Assembly: GCA_973895155.1 (NCBI GenBank)
Contig: OZ316895.1
Coordinates: 11,492,858-11,556,857, forward strand
Reading direction: 5' to 3'
DNA length: 64,000 nt
Origin: Marsupella aquatica
Taxonomy: Eukaryota > Plantae > Marchantiophyta
How positions within the stretch are numbered: position 1 is the first letter of the stretch; each line of letters opens with the position of its first letter. The notes under the pieces are model-generated. The model worked only from the letters and a program-made list of their open reading frames with translations. It searched no databases and had not been told where the DNA came from. Position numbers and translations under genes: made by a program. This document shows positions 1 to 13,288 of this stretch, piece by piece.

Positions 1-451
1 TTCAATGCAGCCAGCAACAGCCGTGTTGCATAAAACCTCCCTGGAACAGAAGGTTGGAGAAGGCAGTATCAATGTAGCTTGGATTTAGCAAGTAATACTA
101 ATTTATGTGCGGAATCTGAATTGTTTTTTGGCGTGAATTAGTGTGAGTAAGAGCAGCCACAATGAACAGACCGTACAAATGCATGTTTTGACTTCTGAGT
201 CAATTGTTAGTCCCAAGTGAAATGCTCCCAAGCTGGCAAAGGCTCTACCAGCACTTTAGTTGTAAGGAGCCAGGATAATGCACTGGTGAGAGTTAGTTAT
301 CAATTGGGTGCTGGAGGCTTGGGACAAGTGAGAGTAAAAGATCCTTAACAACGGATATAAGAATGGGCATATAAAGGGTCACCAGAATACGGTCCTCTAG
401 TATGGACATAACCAATTAGGTCCCCTTTCAAAGAAGAAAAAAGACAAATTT

Positions 452-790
452 TGTGAGGCATTTACTCTTAGGTGTAGAGTTAAGACTGCAGTCAGGCTAA
501 CCTTAGTCATAACCTCTTTTAAGGTTAGTCGTGTGCTGCATCCTAAATACCCCAACAATGTTTGCTTGAGGAGGAGGAACCCATGCTCATTGTTAAGGAG
601 TCACTCGAGAGATAGGGAGAGTTTGTGTTGTGGAGACTTGGTATGGCCGACAAGCCTAGAGTGCAATAAAGATTCCATGTGTTTGCGTGGATGTAGCCTC
701 ATTGGAGGTGAACCACATATCTCTTTGTGTCAACTACTTCTTCGTTGATGTTCATATGCATGTCGTTGCGAGTCGCATCTTTACTCAATA
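452..790 (+). mobile_element. Solo LTR (copia-like family), 5-bp TSD AATTT
   Basis: Starts TG at 452 and ends CAATA (likely decayed CA) at 790. AATTT flanks both sides (447-451, 791-795). Contains GATGTAGCC...GGTGAACCAC and aligns by eye along its length with 28758-29100. Confidence 0.7.
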
Positions 791-1090
791 AATTTTACAG
801 TTACGGGCCAAGCAAAGTATTATGGAGTACAAGGGCCATCGGTTTTGTGGGGCAGACTCCGGCCCAAGGTCTCTTCACTGGTGCTCAGGCTGTTTGCAAA
901 GGAAGTCTAATGGATGCTATATTTGCCTGAGCCAAATCAAAGACTATTCCTCATCTTTGGACATCTTTGCATGCTTTTTTATGTTGGAGAGAATCCAATT
1001 GTTGGCTGAATGGAGAGGTTGCTAGAGTGGGTTTTCGGCTGACTAATTCTTTTCACCCTCCTCAAGGAATATGGCTATTTCTGATGCTTA

Positions 1091-1462
1091 GATTGTTTAT
1101 GGTGTGCCAGATACTTTGGAGTATAAGGCAGGCTAGGATTGGATAGACCTTCAACCCTGACAAAGGAGACTCTTCACTCAACTTCTGGTCTTTTCAGGCA
1201 ATTTAGATCACTTGGCTGTAACTGGAGAAGGAGACTTCTCCGCCGGCGTCTAGTCTTTCTAGACATTTTAGACCACTGAACTTGGATTGTTTATGGTGTG
1301 CTTGATACTTTGGAGTATATGGCTGACTAGGAATAAAGACCTTTACCCCTGATAGAGGGAGACTCTTCAATCAATTTTTATTCTTTTCAGGCAACTTAGA
1401 TCACTTAGCTGCTAAGGAGACTCTTTGGTCAGCGTCTAGTCTTTTAGACATTTTAGACCACT
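1091..1462. repeat. Diverged ~190-bp tandem duplication
   Basis: gattgtttatggtgtg...agacattttagaccact occurs at ~1091-1277 and again at ~1285-1462. Confidence 0.85.
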
Positions 1463-1889
1463 CAGCTGTTGTGTGAGCAGTGACAGTTCCTGATATTTGA
1501 CTAGCAGGACTTACTAGTGCTAGAGAAGTGCTTACATCAGAAAGATCCTGGCTGATTTGAGTTGGTTCATTATGGTTTAGCTGAGCACTAAAAGTTACAC
1601 ATGATTAGGATGAAAAGAATTTGAGTGCTAGGTGCTTTTGTAACCTTTAGCTGTTGACAGTCAGACTAGGAGCTTTTTAGTTGGCTGGTTTGGACTGAAC
1701 TTATGACATTATTTGGTAGGATAGGTTGACCTCCCCCTTCTGTAAGGCAGAGTATGGGTACCCAACAGACAGTGGGCTGACAGGTGCCATGTGGTGTGGT
1801 GATGTGAGACATGTTTTGATTTTGATTTGAGTTGATAAGGTTGCTCTGTTTCCAGTGGTTGTTGTGCCTTTGCTACTCTATCTTTCTTT

Positions 1890-2019
1890 GTGTGGTCTAC
1901 TTGTTCTTAACCCTGACATGCCTCTGGGGCCCTGCTGGTTCCCCCCATCCCTAGTGTGGTCTACTTAGTGCTTACCCCTGACATGCCACTAGGGCCCTGC
2001 TGGTTCCCCCCATCCCTAA
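1890..2019. repeat. ~65-bp tandem duplication
   Basis: gtgtggtctactt...ggttccccccatcccta occurs twice in tandem. Confidence 0.85.
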
Positions 2020-3505
2020 GGTTCGGGCAGAATAGACTGGAAATTCTTAATAATAATAAAACAATGGAGTTGGCAAAAATGGTCATCTTAGGGCTAACAC
2101 CAAACCGACCCAAAAAAAAAGCTAACGTGACTCCCATAAACCTGGAAAGAGAGAATTATAAGAAATACACACTTTGTGGTGAGATGATGTGATATAAGAG
2201 ATATTGTGATGAGGTAATGTTACACAATAAAGTGATAACGATGTGTGCAATAATGTTCCCTTCCGAGAGGAACTACAGTAACATGCGATATTCAATAATG
2301 TCACCTGTTCACAAGGACTTACGTGAGAGGGTTCAAGAATAACCTTCATTTGACAGGAAGATCCACAAAATGGTCCCGCTTTTCAAATCTGTGTTCCTCT
2401 AACGACCTCTATTGGCGTTCAGCTTATCAATGGAGATGATCGGAGCACGCGACCTACAATTCGATCGACGGAATGACACTCCTGACTCCCAGAAGACAAG
2501 GCTACACCTCGCACGTGATTCCAACATGTTCTCAAGTTCTGGTTGAAATTATTGCTGATTTGATGATGCTCGGGGCGCAGAAGCCCGTGGGCCAAGATGG
2601 CCAAGACGTACCTCTGGAGATCTGGATGGGTGGGTGTAAACTTTTGCCTCGAGCCACACAGTCCAGAGGGGCGGATCTGCGGGGTAATCTAATCACCGTA
2701 CATCAAACTGGATTTACGACTGGGTACAGGGTTGCGGTGCAGTAGAGCAGGTTGCTTCCAGACGTTATGTCGGCGGCATTGTGCACATCGATTCAATACT
2801 GTTCACTCAAAGCACTCCAGAATTTAGCGCATCCCTTCAATCCTTTCCCCTTGCCGTATCAGAGGAGATTTCCATGATTGCCGATTATCTGGACGTGCTG
2901 ATTCGCGGAGCTCTTTCGCTCCAAGTGTAGTCCTGCACTACCATAGGCTCGCTACATCACCCACCTTCCATGGACTTGCCGCTCAAACATGACGTTATCC
3001 ACGGTACAACCTCGACGTGGTTTCCTTTTGGAGATGGGTTGATGATCACTCCCGTCACCGGTGGAACATCAACAACATTCTTACAGCTGTACACAATCTA
3101 GTGGTAGTTTCGTTTCCAACATGTACGGGCATGCCCACAACTCGCCCAATCCCTGCGTTTAGGGAAGAAACTATGCGGGATTATTGAACGGATGGCCAGA
3201 GATCAAATAAGCTGTAAAAATTTTAAATCGCTACGTGAGGTTCACAAACTCTCTTTAAAGGGGGGAATCTTAGTGTCCGACGAAATTACATGCCGAATTG
3301 ATACACAGTGAAAAACGTGTACGTAGTTTCTGACAGAAAGTCACAGCAGAAGTGCCACGATAATTACTACGGTACTTTCAAACGCAAATTCGAGTCCGGA
3401 TGAGTGTCTACTGATTGGACAACTTACTGTCAGACTATATGGGACAGTATATCGAAAGAGAAGAATTGGCACGACATTGCAAAGTCACAAATCTGAGACA
3501 CCAAG

Positions 3506-5628
3506 TCAAGCTGTCATTGTTGCACAGCTCATGACGGCACCCCTTGCCTTGATCGTCGTGGTTTGCCATTCCGAACCTTTCGGAGCCTCCGGGTCGAAGA
3601 CTATGGTTTCATAGCTTGGCTTGGCTTGAGTTGGGAAGAACTGAAGTTTACTTCCATAAGTTCCCAAGCAGAATCCGGCACGGGACTTGCATGGGATTGG
3701 GAGAGTGACTTTCGTCCAGAGATTCTTTGCCGTGTCGTAACACCGGAGGGAACGCTCGTCTTTCCACTCGATAGTGTAGATCTTGCCATTGAGGACGGCA
3801 TGAGTTAGCACCATGGCACACCCGTTTTTCACTTCAGACCAGCTACCTGTTTGGGGATCAAAGACGTCCATGAAACGGGCACTACCAAGAGTGAAACTAG
3901 ACCGCCCACCAAACACATACAACTTTCCCTCTACGCCTACCGCAAAGCATCCCCACCTAGGCTTTTTGAGAGAAAGGGTAGTTGTCCACTCGTCTTTCTC
4001 AAGATCATAGACCTCCATACTTGAAAGGGCCTCTCCATCAGGTCCATGCCCACCCACAACGTATACTTTACCATCCAGAACTCCACACGCAAATTCGTAC
4101 CGAGCCGTTTTCATACTAGTAACCTTCGTCCAGCTGCAAACGACAAGACAAGGTGGGTCAACATAGTAAATTAATGAATGAAACGGGTGGGACATAGCGA
4201 GATACTTTTCTACAGTACAAAGGCCGTACCTTTCCTGCCCAAGGGAAGCCTCGGTCAATAAGCAAATAACCTAATAATCTATTACTCTAACCGGTCAGTC
4301 AAAGTGAAGATTGTTTGCTTTTGCCCAGCAGTATCAATAATCCCCTAACTGTGATCATTGAGGTCGAGAGTCCATCAAAAGAGGAACAATTTGGACTTTG
4401 AATCGAGCGGTAGCAACAATAATTAAACGTTCCGGCTGAAAAGAGTCAATCATCCTTCAGGTCTCTTTTCATTATCAAAACCTCTCTTCTTTCACGATGT
4501 GCAAAACCCAAGGAGGGTCCCACCCTGCCGAGTACTTTCCTTTGAGGAATCCACAAAGTGAACTAAAGCAATCTCAATGAAGGGTGTCCAGTCTAAGTTG
4601 GCCATGAAGGCATGAACGAAGGCCGTGATCTTGTCTAGTTCGTTCTCGTGTAAGTTGGCCATGAAGGCATGAACAAGAGCACTACGTTGAAACCACACGT
4701 ACAAGAACTAACTAGACAAGATCGAACGAACTAGACAAGATCACGGCATTCGACGAGGGACAAGTAACAAGAACAAATCTGACATGCCGCAACCACGTTC
4801 CCCTTTCCCCACTTTTTTCATGAACCTCAGGTACGAAACACGCATAGAGCGAGACAATCAAAGATTTGAGGTCAGAGAATGATCGAGCACGCACTTATCC
4901 AGCACTGGATCGTATATGTAGACATCCGCTGAAACATATGCTTCCTTGTCATCCGTCACTAAACCACCAATGACCAAAAGCTTCTCATTTACCACTATCG
5001 ACCCAGACCCCACTTTCCCCGGTCCGTGCATGCGAGGGAGTGCTCTCCAATCTCCCTTCTGTTTTGGATTCAGCACCTCCCAATGAGTGCTCTTCATATC
5101 GTCGGCAACAGCTAAAACATATAGCCATTCTTCAAGGGTGCCCACACCCTTTCTTGTCAGGTAGAATTCTCGGGTGGAGATGAGATCAAACCAGGCCTTG
5201 CACACCTTCCTCACTGCGGGAAAATCTTCACGACGCACTAGTGCGAGACACATTTGTGCCACATCGTCAGGCAGGCCAGGAATGAACGAAGAATCCTCAA
5301 ATTTATCACAATACCACTTGATGCTCTCACCATTCTCTACAACTTTTCCCGGCAGCCCCGCATTCCCTCCCCGTCCTAGAAGGCTCTTCCCAGCAATCTG
5401 AATGCTGGAGGGCTTTGCTACAGGAGCAATGCCACGGAGTACTGCAGTCTCTTGCCGGGGTTTAGTGGATATCATTGACTCTCTCTCTGCTAACTGCTGA
5501 ACCCAGCTCACAGCCTCCACCAAACGAGAGGAATTGCCGACGTATGGCCCTTCGTAACCATACTTCGGTGGCCCACATTTGCTCAACCATGGAGTGGACA
5601 TTGGCGTATATAGTTCCACATTCATCAT
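3506..5628 (-). CDS. F-box/Kelch-repeat protein (At1g67480-like); exons 5628-4895, 4133-3506
   Basis: F-box motif FIPGLPDDVAQMCLALV...EEWLYVL and Kelch repeats (KLLVIGG, ARYEFACGVLDGKVYVVGG, PRWGCFAVGVEGKLYVFGGRS). Phase-2 intron AA|GTGCGT (4894)...TTTGCAG|C (4134) joins to give DPVLDNWTKV. First in-frame ATG is at 5628. Confidence 0.93.
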
Positions 5629-5661
5629 GTTGGGCAAGACACTGTCTCCAATTCAAACAGT

Positions 5662-5742
5662 TTATGTGGGAACTTGATCCTCTTTCAAACGCGGACTCAC
5701 TCGTCCTCGACGGACTTTGATGCGGGAACAGAGGGAGGGCAT
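5662..5742 (-). CDS. Short uORF (26 aa, MPSLCSRIKVRRGRVSPRLKEDQVPT)
   Basis: ATG at 5742 to TAA at 5662, 33 nt upstream of the main ATG. Translation is unproven. Confidence 0.3.
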   Translation of the reverse strand: MPSLCSRIKVRRGRVSPRLKEDQVPT

Positions 5743-5770
5743 TTATACAGAGAAATTGAAAAAATAAGTA

Positions 5771-5971
5771 CTAAGCAGCGTCAGGAGGAAGCAGTGATAA
5801 ATCTAATTCCAGACTATACAAAAATCTTGCTTTAGCAGGTTTTTCCACACATGGGTCTGGGGCCATCTGCTCCTCTACGATTTCTTGCTTTTCTTGTGAG
5901 AACATGTAAGAGTCGTAACAATTTTGATAGAGATGAAAACTCTTCACAGGGGCTCTCGGAGCAGCTAGCAT
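5771..5971 (-). CDS. Upstream ORF (66 aa) in the F-box/Kelch leader; candidate conserved-peptide uORF
   Basis: ATG-initiated ORF MLAAPRAP...RFLYSLELDLSLLPPDAA* starting 11 nt into the exon that follows a strong acceptor (cttttgtgcag|g, 5983). It ends ~140 nt before the main ATG. Confidence 0.5.
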   Translation of the reverse strand: MLAAPRAPVKSFHLYQNCYDSYMFSQEKQEIVEEQMAPDPCVEKPAKARFLYSLELDLSLLPPDAA

Positions 5972-8149
5972 CCCAAAAACGCCTGCACAAAAGACGCAAA
6001 AGACAGGTAACCCTCAGTGCCGTGTAACAGTTCAGAGGACCACGAGGCACCTGAAATCTGAAGAACTGCACCTCAAACGTGTTCAAGAAGTTCCACTGAT
6101 TGCATCCACTGATGGACTAAGCATGCGGTCGAACACTCACGTTCACAGTAGGCAGACATTAAAACTTGCTGCAGATCAGCTGTAGCAGCGGTGGAAGTCC
6201 GATTGAATCCTCATGGTTGCTGAGTCTGTTTCGCAGATCTACCTTGCTGGAATCAGAGAAGAGATAACAACAATGTCAATAAAAACCTCCCAGTCAACAG
6301 CCAAAAGCGTCATTCACATAAGATAGTCACATAGCGGGATGAATAGTATAGCCCGAGTTCACCACAAGGCCACTGATGGACACAATACTGTTCTTTGTCT
6401 CAGGGCCAGACATAGTGACACAATAGGTGTCCACAGCTTGTACGAAGGAGCGTGCAGATCGTACTCCCCGGGGAAAACTTCAAACTTCCCGTTACCAGCT
6501 AAGGTCAGATATTAGATCCAACTGACCATGCATGTCCCCGGAGAAGACCGAGCATATACAACGATACGACTGGAATCGAGGCCCGTCGCTACTTCTACAT
6601 ACCGTGAGCAACAACAACAACGAAAGTTCAGAGAAGTAAACTCCTTGGGAGAACAGGCTTCGATGCACAGCAAGGTTGACTAAAGAACGGTGCACGAGGC
6701 GATGTTCCACTCTAGCAGCAAAGAGACTCCACACTCTTCGATTAACAGAGGACGTGTCACTATACCCTTGCTGCAAACGGAGGCAATTCATCCTGTTGGA
6801 CGACAATTCGTGGTTGAGCACACAGGAAGGACAAAAACGAGGAAGGACGAACTTCCATGCGTCACTATTCCAGCTCGAAAGAAACTAAACACAGAAATGC
6901 AAAGGAGGGTGGGCAGACTCGAAAAAAAACCACTTCCAGAACAATGGCTCCTCCTTCAAACAGGAAGGAACAGGATCGTGAATCGTCGGCTGCGGCGGAG
7001 AATGCTATCCCAGTATTACGTACGGCTTCCTTTGAAATGAAAACAAACCCAAGGAGCACTCCGCGCCTGACTACCCACTCCAGCAACGCTTACTGTAGGT
7101 ACGGACACAAACACAAGCTCACCGGAGGCGTTGGAATGTACAATATCGCCGGGGCCAACCGAGGCTCCGCAAACGAGTCGGACATTTCTTCAACAACGTC
7201 CCTCACCCGAGAATCCGAGAGTGCAAGGTTGACACAACCATGGTGCACGTTCAAGTTGCAAGGGGCGCCTACCACGTAATCACAGTTCACACCATTGTAG
7301 ATAGATGGTGGGCACCCCGATCAAGGTACACAAATCGCACCGGCCACCTGAGCAGTGCTCCGTGAATCGTCACGAAACAATGGATCGGCTGTCTGAAATT
7401 ATTTCAGGAACTCCCAATTCACTGCTGGCCAGCTTCATGTTCTAGGACAGACAATTTCGGTAGACAGCGGAAAGGTTGCCAACCTCACCAACTGGCTCTG
7501 AACGGAACGGCTCCAGGCTGTCATGTGAAATCTAGACCTGGTCTCTTCTCACGTTCGACCACTTCCAGATCTCTCAAGTAAACTAGTTCCATTCTGGGAA
7601 CTCTACGTGCCAGACAGCCAATCACTGCCAGTGCGCAAGAAACCACACTTCGCACCCAATCTTCTTCGACTTCCGGAAACTCACAAGAAAAACCAATCAT
7701 GATCATGAGTGTCGTACGAGAAACAGTGACATCAAGCAATTGAGGGGCCACAAGACGAGCGAGAAAACTCACCAGGCAACCTCCACCAGCAATTTGGAGC
7801 CGAGAACGTCGACGACCTGCAGCGCATTGATGGCCAAGACGTGAGGAAGAAAGCCACGGAGAGACGGCCAGGGATCGGTTTCCGCTCAAAATGGAAGGCG
7901 GAGGCAGCAACACAAGTTCGCTAACTCCTTGCTCAGACTCTTTATAAAAAGGACTCACAGAACAACAGTACTTCAAAACCGACTCGGAAAAAGGCTATGA
8001 ATCTGCAGACTTAGCACTTCACTGGGCCACCATGGACGATCACGCACCTCAGAGCAGAACCAACGTTGATCGAATCGATCGAAAGCGCGACTCTGTTCTT
8101 CGTGCAATTGCTGCTCTGCCGCCACGAGCTCTCTCGCTCGTGATCGCTG

Positions 8150-8202
8150 AATGAAGAAGAGAAAGGAAAAAAGAGAAAAGGGCAGAGTGTCCTCTTTTAT
8201 GT
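8150..8202 (-). promoter_or_regulatory. Putative core promoter/TSS region of the F-box/Kelch gene
   Basis: Minus-strand CATAAAAG TATA-like box (~8194-8201) followed by a CT-rich Y-patch. This implies a ~2.5-kb unspliced leader. Confidence 0.35.
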
Positions 8203-11200
8203 CCCACCCCCGCACCGCTCCACCCTGTCCGAAATCACTCCTAACCGCAGTCAAGTTCAGGTAACTTCCTCGGGTTAAACCCTTGCCACGACGGGCTCCT
8301 GTCGGCCGCATGCCTAACATCCTTTGCTCACACTAATTCCGAAATAGAAAGGTAAACATCTCCAGTTCTCCTCCACCCCCATCTAGGACCGTACGATCTA
8401 CGATCTAACGGAGTGCATCAGCTCCAGAATGCATCCAGGTGGTCGGTCTGTGCCTGACCATCCTCACCGTACTTCCCGTGATCATAATTCCGTTTTCGTA
8501 ATGATTTTATATATTTACTTCAAAGCCCACATTAGAATGAATTTAATGAATTAATAAATCCTGATTCTCAAACAGACTCCCCCATCAATCCATCATTCTG
8601 CAGGTACTTACTGCCGATTGACCTGTAAACCTTGACGACAAGAATCTCTAAAACAACTATTTGTTAATCCACTTCTCACTCGCCTAATTCCGTCCTGTCA
8701 AACGACTCGACCTGAGTCAGTCCAAAGAGAATTTAAGTAGAACCAGAAATGGGTGGAGTGGAGTCTAATGGAGTAACAGGAGGAGGAGTTGTTGCGCTAG
8801 GGCATTTTACTCTTTGGAATGGTAAGTGCATTAGATATATTCAATGGCGGCAGATGGAGCAGCCACAGCGATCAGACTAGCGACGTGGCAACGAGTCATT
8901 CATCGCCTAAATTCACTCCTAGCCATGACGAGTAGTACTGTAGATTCTTGGCAGGTAGGGGGAGACATTTTCTTGGTAGGGGGTGTAAACTGAAAAAGTA
9001 GGACTCGAGGACTTGATCACTTGATGGGAGTTTTAAAATTAACATAATTGCACAAGTACTGTAGTAACCTCGAAATCTGACATATACTGCTAATTTTTTG
9101 TCCCCTAGTATTCACTCTTTTTTTAAGACTATTATGTTGCCACCTTTATTAGGAGGAAATGACGTTGCTCTTGGCGTGGAGGTCATGGATCCCAGCGATT
9201 TACATGATATTTACTACTGCCTTCAGCATGTATAAGACAACCTTTCGCAATGAACTATCATGGGGAGAGTACACTCAAATAATGAGCGTGAAATTCAGCT
9301 AGGGACTTGTCAACAATTTCCTTGGCTCATGCTTTTACATACTCACTGGTGCACAAGCCATATCTTTTTGTAGTGCATCGTTTTGTATCAGCCTAATTCC
9401 CAATATTGTTGATAATAATTGATGCTGAGCAAACGAGTTACAGAGCATATGTGATCAGGAAATTGGAGAAAAGTGTTATTGAGCACAAGTGACATGACCA
9501 GATAATTGTTGGACACTATGGGGGTGCGGGCAAGTCCGCTTGGCAACTGATTTTCAAGAAATGTGCCCGAATTAGAGAGAGAATGCCAAGTTGGGTGTGG
9601 AAGAAATGCACATGAGTAGGTTCATATTTGAATTAGAAGAAAACCTGTCACCGTAATCCAACTGCTAAGGATAGGCCGAAATGCTTGGAATCAGAATGGC
9701 ACTCAATAATTAGACCATTAAAAAAGATCGGATTGCACAGTAGACATTCTTTCTTGGCGTCATTCATCAGCTTCCAGCCAGCAAGAGTACAGGATTAATA
9801 AAAGTAAGAAGATGCGAGGTAACGCAACCGAAATGACTGGCGTGACAGTGTATGAATCATGTGTCCAAAATGACTGGCATGACAGTGTATAAAAGATTCT
9901 TGCCGATCCAGACTGAATGAACGTTTTCTTCGAGAAAACCCAGACGAGGGGCCGTTGGGGTTCGTTTGTTTGACAGAGCTCAACTCACACCATTTCTGTG
10001 ATGAGACATGTGAGGACCAGCATGCCTGTCCATCGCCGAAGTCCATCACGGCACAGACACTGTTATAGCGACATGGGATTGCGCTGCCAACTGCCTTCGA
10101 GTTCATCAGCGACGATGCATCTTCAACAAAGAAACCCCATGTCATCAGCGACGATGGTTCCCGGCATCTTCAACACAGAAATGTTAGAATGGTTCACCGC
10201 GCAGCTTGGATCCCTGACTCGTTCGATCGTCTATTTTTGAAACGGATCATTTTCATGTGGGTATTTCGCTGAGTCATGAGCTTCGTTTCTTTCATATATA
10301 CGCTCAGCCACATTTGATTGATTCAGAAATAGATCACTCTCATAGCTCGTCAATCTTTTGACGAGTAGGACATAAAATCGGACATCGGGATCGCGGTGAA
10401 CTTCTCTCAAAAACGAACGTGATTCACATCTTCACAAAGTGCAGTCGATCGAATGATTACTCCGCTGAGCTGGATCGGGCATCTCTGAATAGACTACAGA
10501 GTACAGAATATAACACGGCGGTGCTTTTCGAGATTGACATGCGTTGGAGGAGAGCTATGAGCGTGTCCTTTAGCTGGATCCGACATAGAACTCTAGGTTC
10601 CCACTTATTACACAGTCATGGCTGGCAAGAGAGAGGATCTGATCATCTGATCCACTACGCCCGCAATTTCTCTCTCGACACGACAAAGAAGGTCCTACTG
10701 CGGCGGTGCTTCCCGTCATTCACCTTGCACAGTCAACGGCACAGCATATAATTTTGTTGAGGTTGGTCTTGACGCGTTCCACACCATCATACATACGACA
10801 AAACTTTGTTTTATTGACCTACCTCCCATGCCGACCATAACTCCCTTAATTCATCACCAAAGGTTTGTGTTCGTAGTAGGTTGAACACCATGTATTTCTG
10901 TTTTGACAAAATTTCCCACAGTGCACACTACGCAATACACTTGAGAGAATATGATCTGGCCCCATTTTGGGACCCATCACACCATTATGTGTCTAAATGG
11001 AGGCTTTTGGAAGACATCCCCAAAGTTGCCCTTATCCAATGTATACAATACAAAGTGTTATGATTGCATGGATGGGTATCATTTACGCATTTCTGGTGCA
11101 TATGTGCATGGTTGTAGTTCCAAACAAATGCAGGGGAAATCTGTGATGCACTTTCTCATAGTCCACGAGTTGGACTCGTCATACCCAAACAAGCATATTA

Positions 11201-13019
11201 CACTATTTGACTGGATAAATGCATGAAACTGCTGCATTTATCAACAAATGTTTCTTATGTATTTGTGTACACTTAGGGACATAAATATATTTCTGTATTT
11301 GTGATTCAAGGCTGGTATCCTTCTTTCAGCGAGGGTTTATCTGCAAACTACATTTTTTTGGTATAAACAGGAAATTGCTGTAATATTTGGGGACTACATG
11401 GCCGACCTCCACTTAACCACGGATGCACTTCTACACTCGTTCAAACTAATCTACAGTCTCATTGGCCTGCAATATAACCCTAGCTTGCCTCACTTTTTTC
11501 CCCTTTTTAAGTCTACGTGTTTTGCCCTCGCCACATAGGCCGCCGTCCCACTCCGGCAATGTTGCAATGCAAATTGTTGCCCCATTAAAATGGGCGAGGT
11601 GCAGTGGGGACCAGCAGGAAGGGGGACGAAAGGAGGACCACATTTGTACTATGGTCAGTTTTTAGGCGATACTTTAATGAAACCAAAAATCATTCGTGAG
11701 GACTACAGTAGACTACGTTCCAGTAAAACACTCACCACGCAAACTGAGCGCCCTACCGACCTTTCTAACGCGGGCGAGCTGGATCTCCAATACACGCTGT
11801 CGATGACAGCCTGTGCCTATAATCGTACGCTCTCAGTATAACAACAGCTAATGACTTGGTCAGTCACTAATGTGAATTAGTGAGTCATTTAGGTTATCGG
11901 ACACGTAGGATAGGGCACACACTGAGCATCACGTCACGTGAGAATGAGAGACACCGGAATTTTTTTGTCACTTAGCAGGCCTTATTGCGGCCTTCTGTCC
12001 GAGCTTTTAGGTTGGGCACCGGTGACCTATCCCGGGAAGGAAGGAACGCTTTCACGCTGTTTTCTTTTCAGAAAGTCAGGTCTAGGGCAAGTTGAAAAAC
12101 TTGAGAATAAACGGTCGTTGACTGGGTTGGGCATTTGGGATGGAAGGAATCCTACTCAAGAGGACCTTTGTAATACTATTAGGGGGTGTCAATGTGTCAA
12201 TGTTAAGTGCAGGAATACATTTCACCAGGTCAATCTTGTTTGCCGTGAAGCGATCCCAGGGAATATCTAATGGGGTAGTACATCACAAGAGAATTAACAT
12301 TTTTTTGGCCCACTATGGAGGCTGGACGGGCCCTGGCTTGCAAGAGAGTGGGACTGGCTTGCAAGAGAGTGGGACCATTGTGTGGTAGTCTTGATATTCA
12401 AGATGTGTTTTCTACATGCATATTAGTTCTATCTTTCTGGCTGAGCTTACAATAACTATGCTTGGAGGAAATTCCACATCATTTTGATTGTGTACGAATT
12501 CATGGTTATGCTGCATCCTTGTACTCGCAAACGAAAGAGTTACCTATGTTCACCAAAAGTCCCTGATGGACCGGGAAGAACATGGGACAACAATAAGTCA
12601 GCGTGACAATTTACAATATCTTAGCAACAACTTTTGGCCAGCAGCTTGCTCTCAGGACTTTTCCCCTTTCACGGAAAGAGAAAAGCAACATTACCCCAAG
12701 CAAGAGAGTGGATGGTTAAGCATTTAGTATTAACAAAAGACCCCACATGCTAAAACTCGAGAGCAAAATGTCATCAAACTTATCAACATGCAAAGATTCT
12801 CAATATTGTATATGAGAAGAACTGTATAAATATCTGACCTCGGCAAACCTAGGACATTCTCATCCCTCTTTCCACAGTCATATCTGAATTTTCTCAAACC
12901 GACTAAATAGGCCTGCCCTGGATATATATCCGGATGTACATTTTCTGCCCTACCAATAGATATTTTCTAACCAATGGTGAACTATTGTATGAAAAAACTG
13001 CATTATTATGTAACCATAG

Positions 13020-13288
13020 TTAAGGGCATCTTGAGTTTAGACCAGTGTTACTCCCTTAGAGTAACAGAGAGTAACACTCCTCTGTACACACACTTGGAGA
13101 CCAGTCTTCAGGAGTGAGTGAATCAGAGAGAGAATAGAAACTAGTCATTTAGCTTGTGGCTGTTCTGGAGGATGTTTGGAGTTGTGCATAGTGTATTTCT
13201 TCTCTTGGACGTGGCCCAAACATGGTGAATCACTTATATTTATGTCACTATTAATTAATTATATATTGCACAGAGATTGTGCCTGACA
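13020..13288 (+). mobile_element. Degraded LTR-like fragment
   Basis: GGACGTGGCC...GGTGAATCAC motif like the other LTRs, ending TGACA. The 5' end and TSD are not clean. Confidence 0.35.

Noticed and set aside
9795-10751. ORFs of 80-116 aa with short internal duplications
   Set aside because: No domain motif, no consistent splice model and no convincing miRNA-like hairpin seen.
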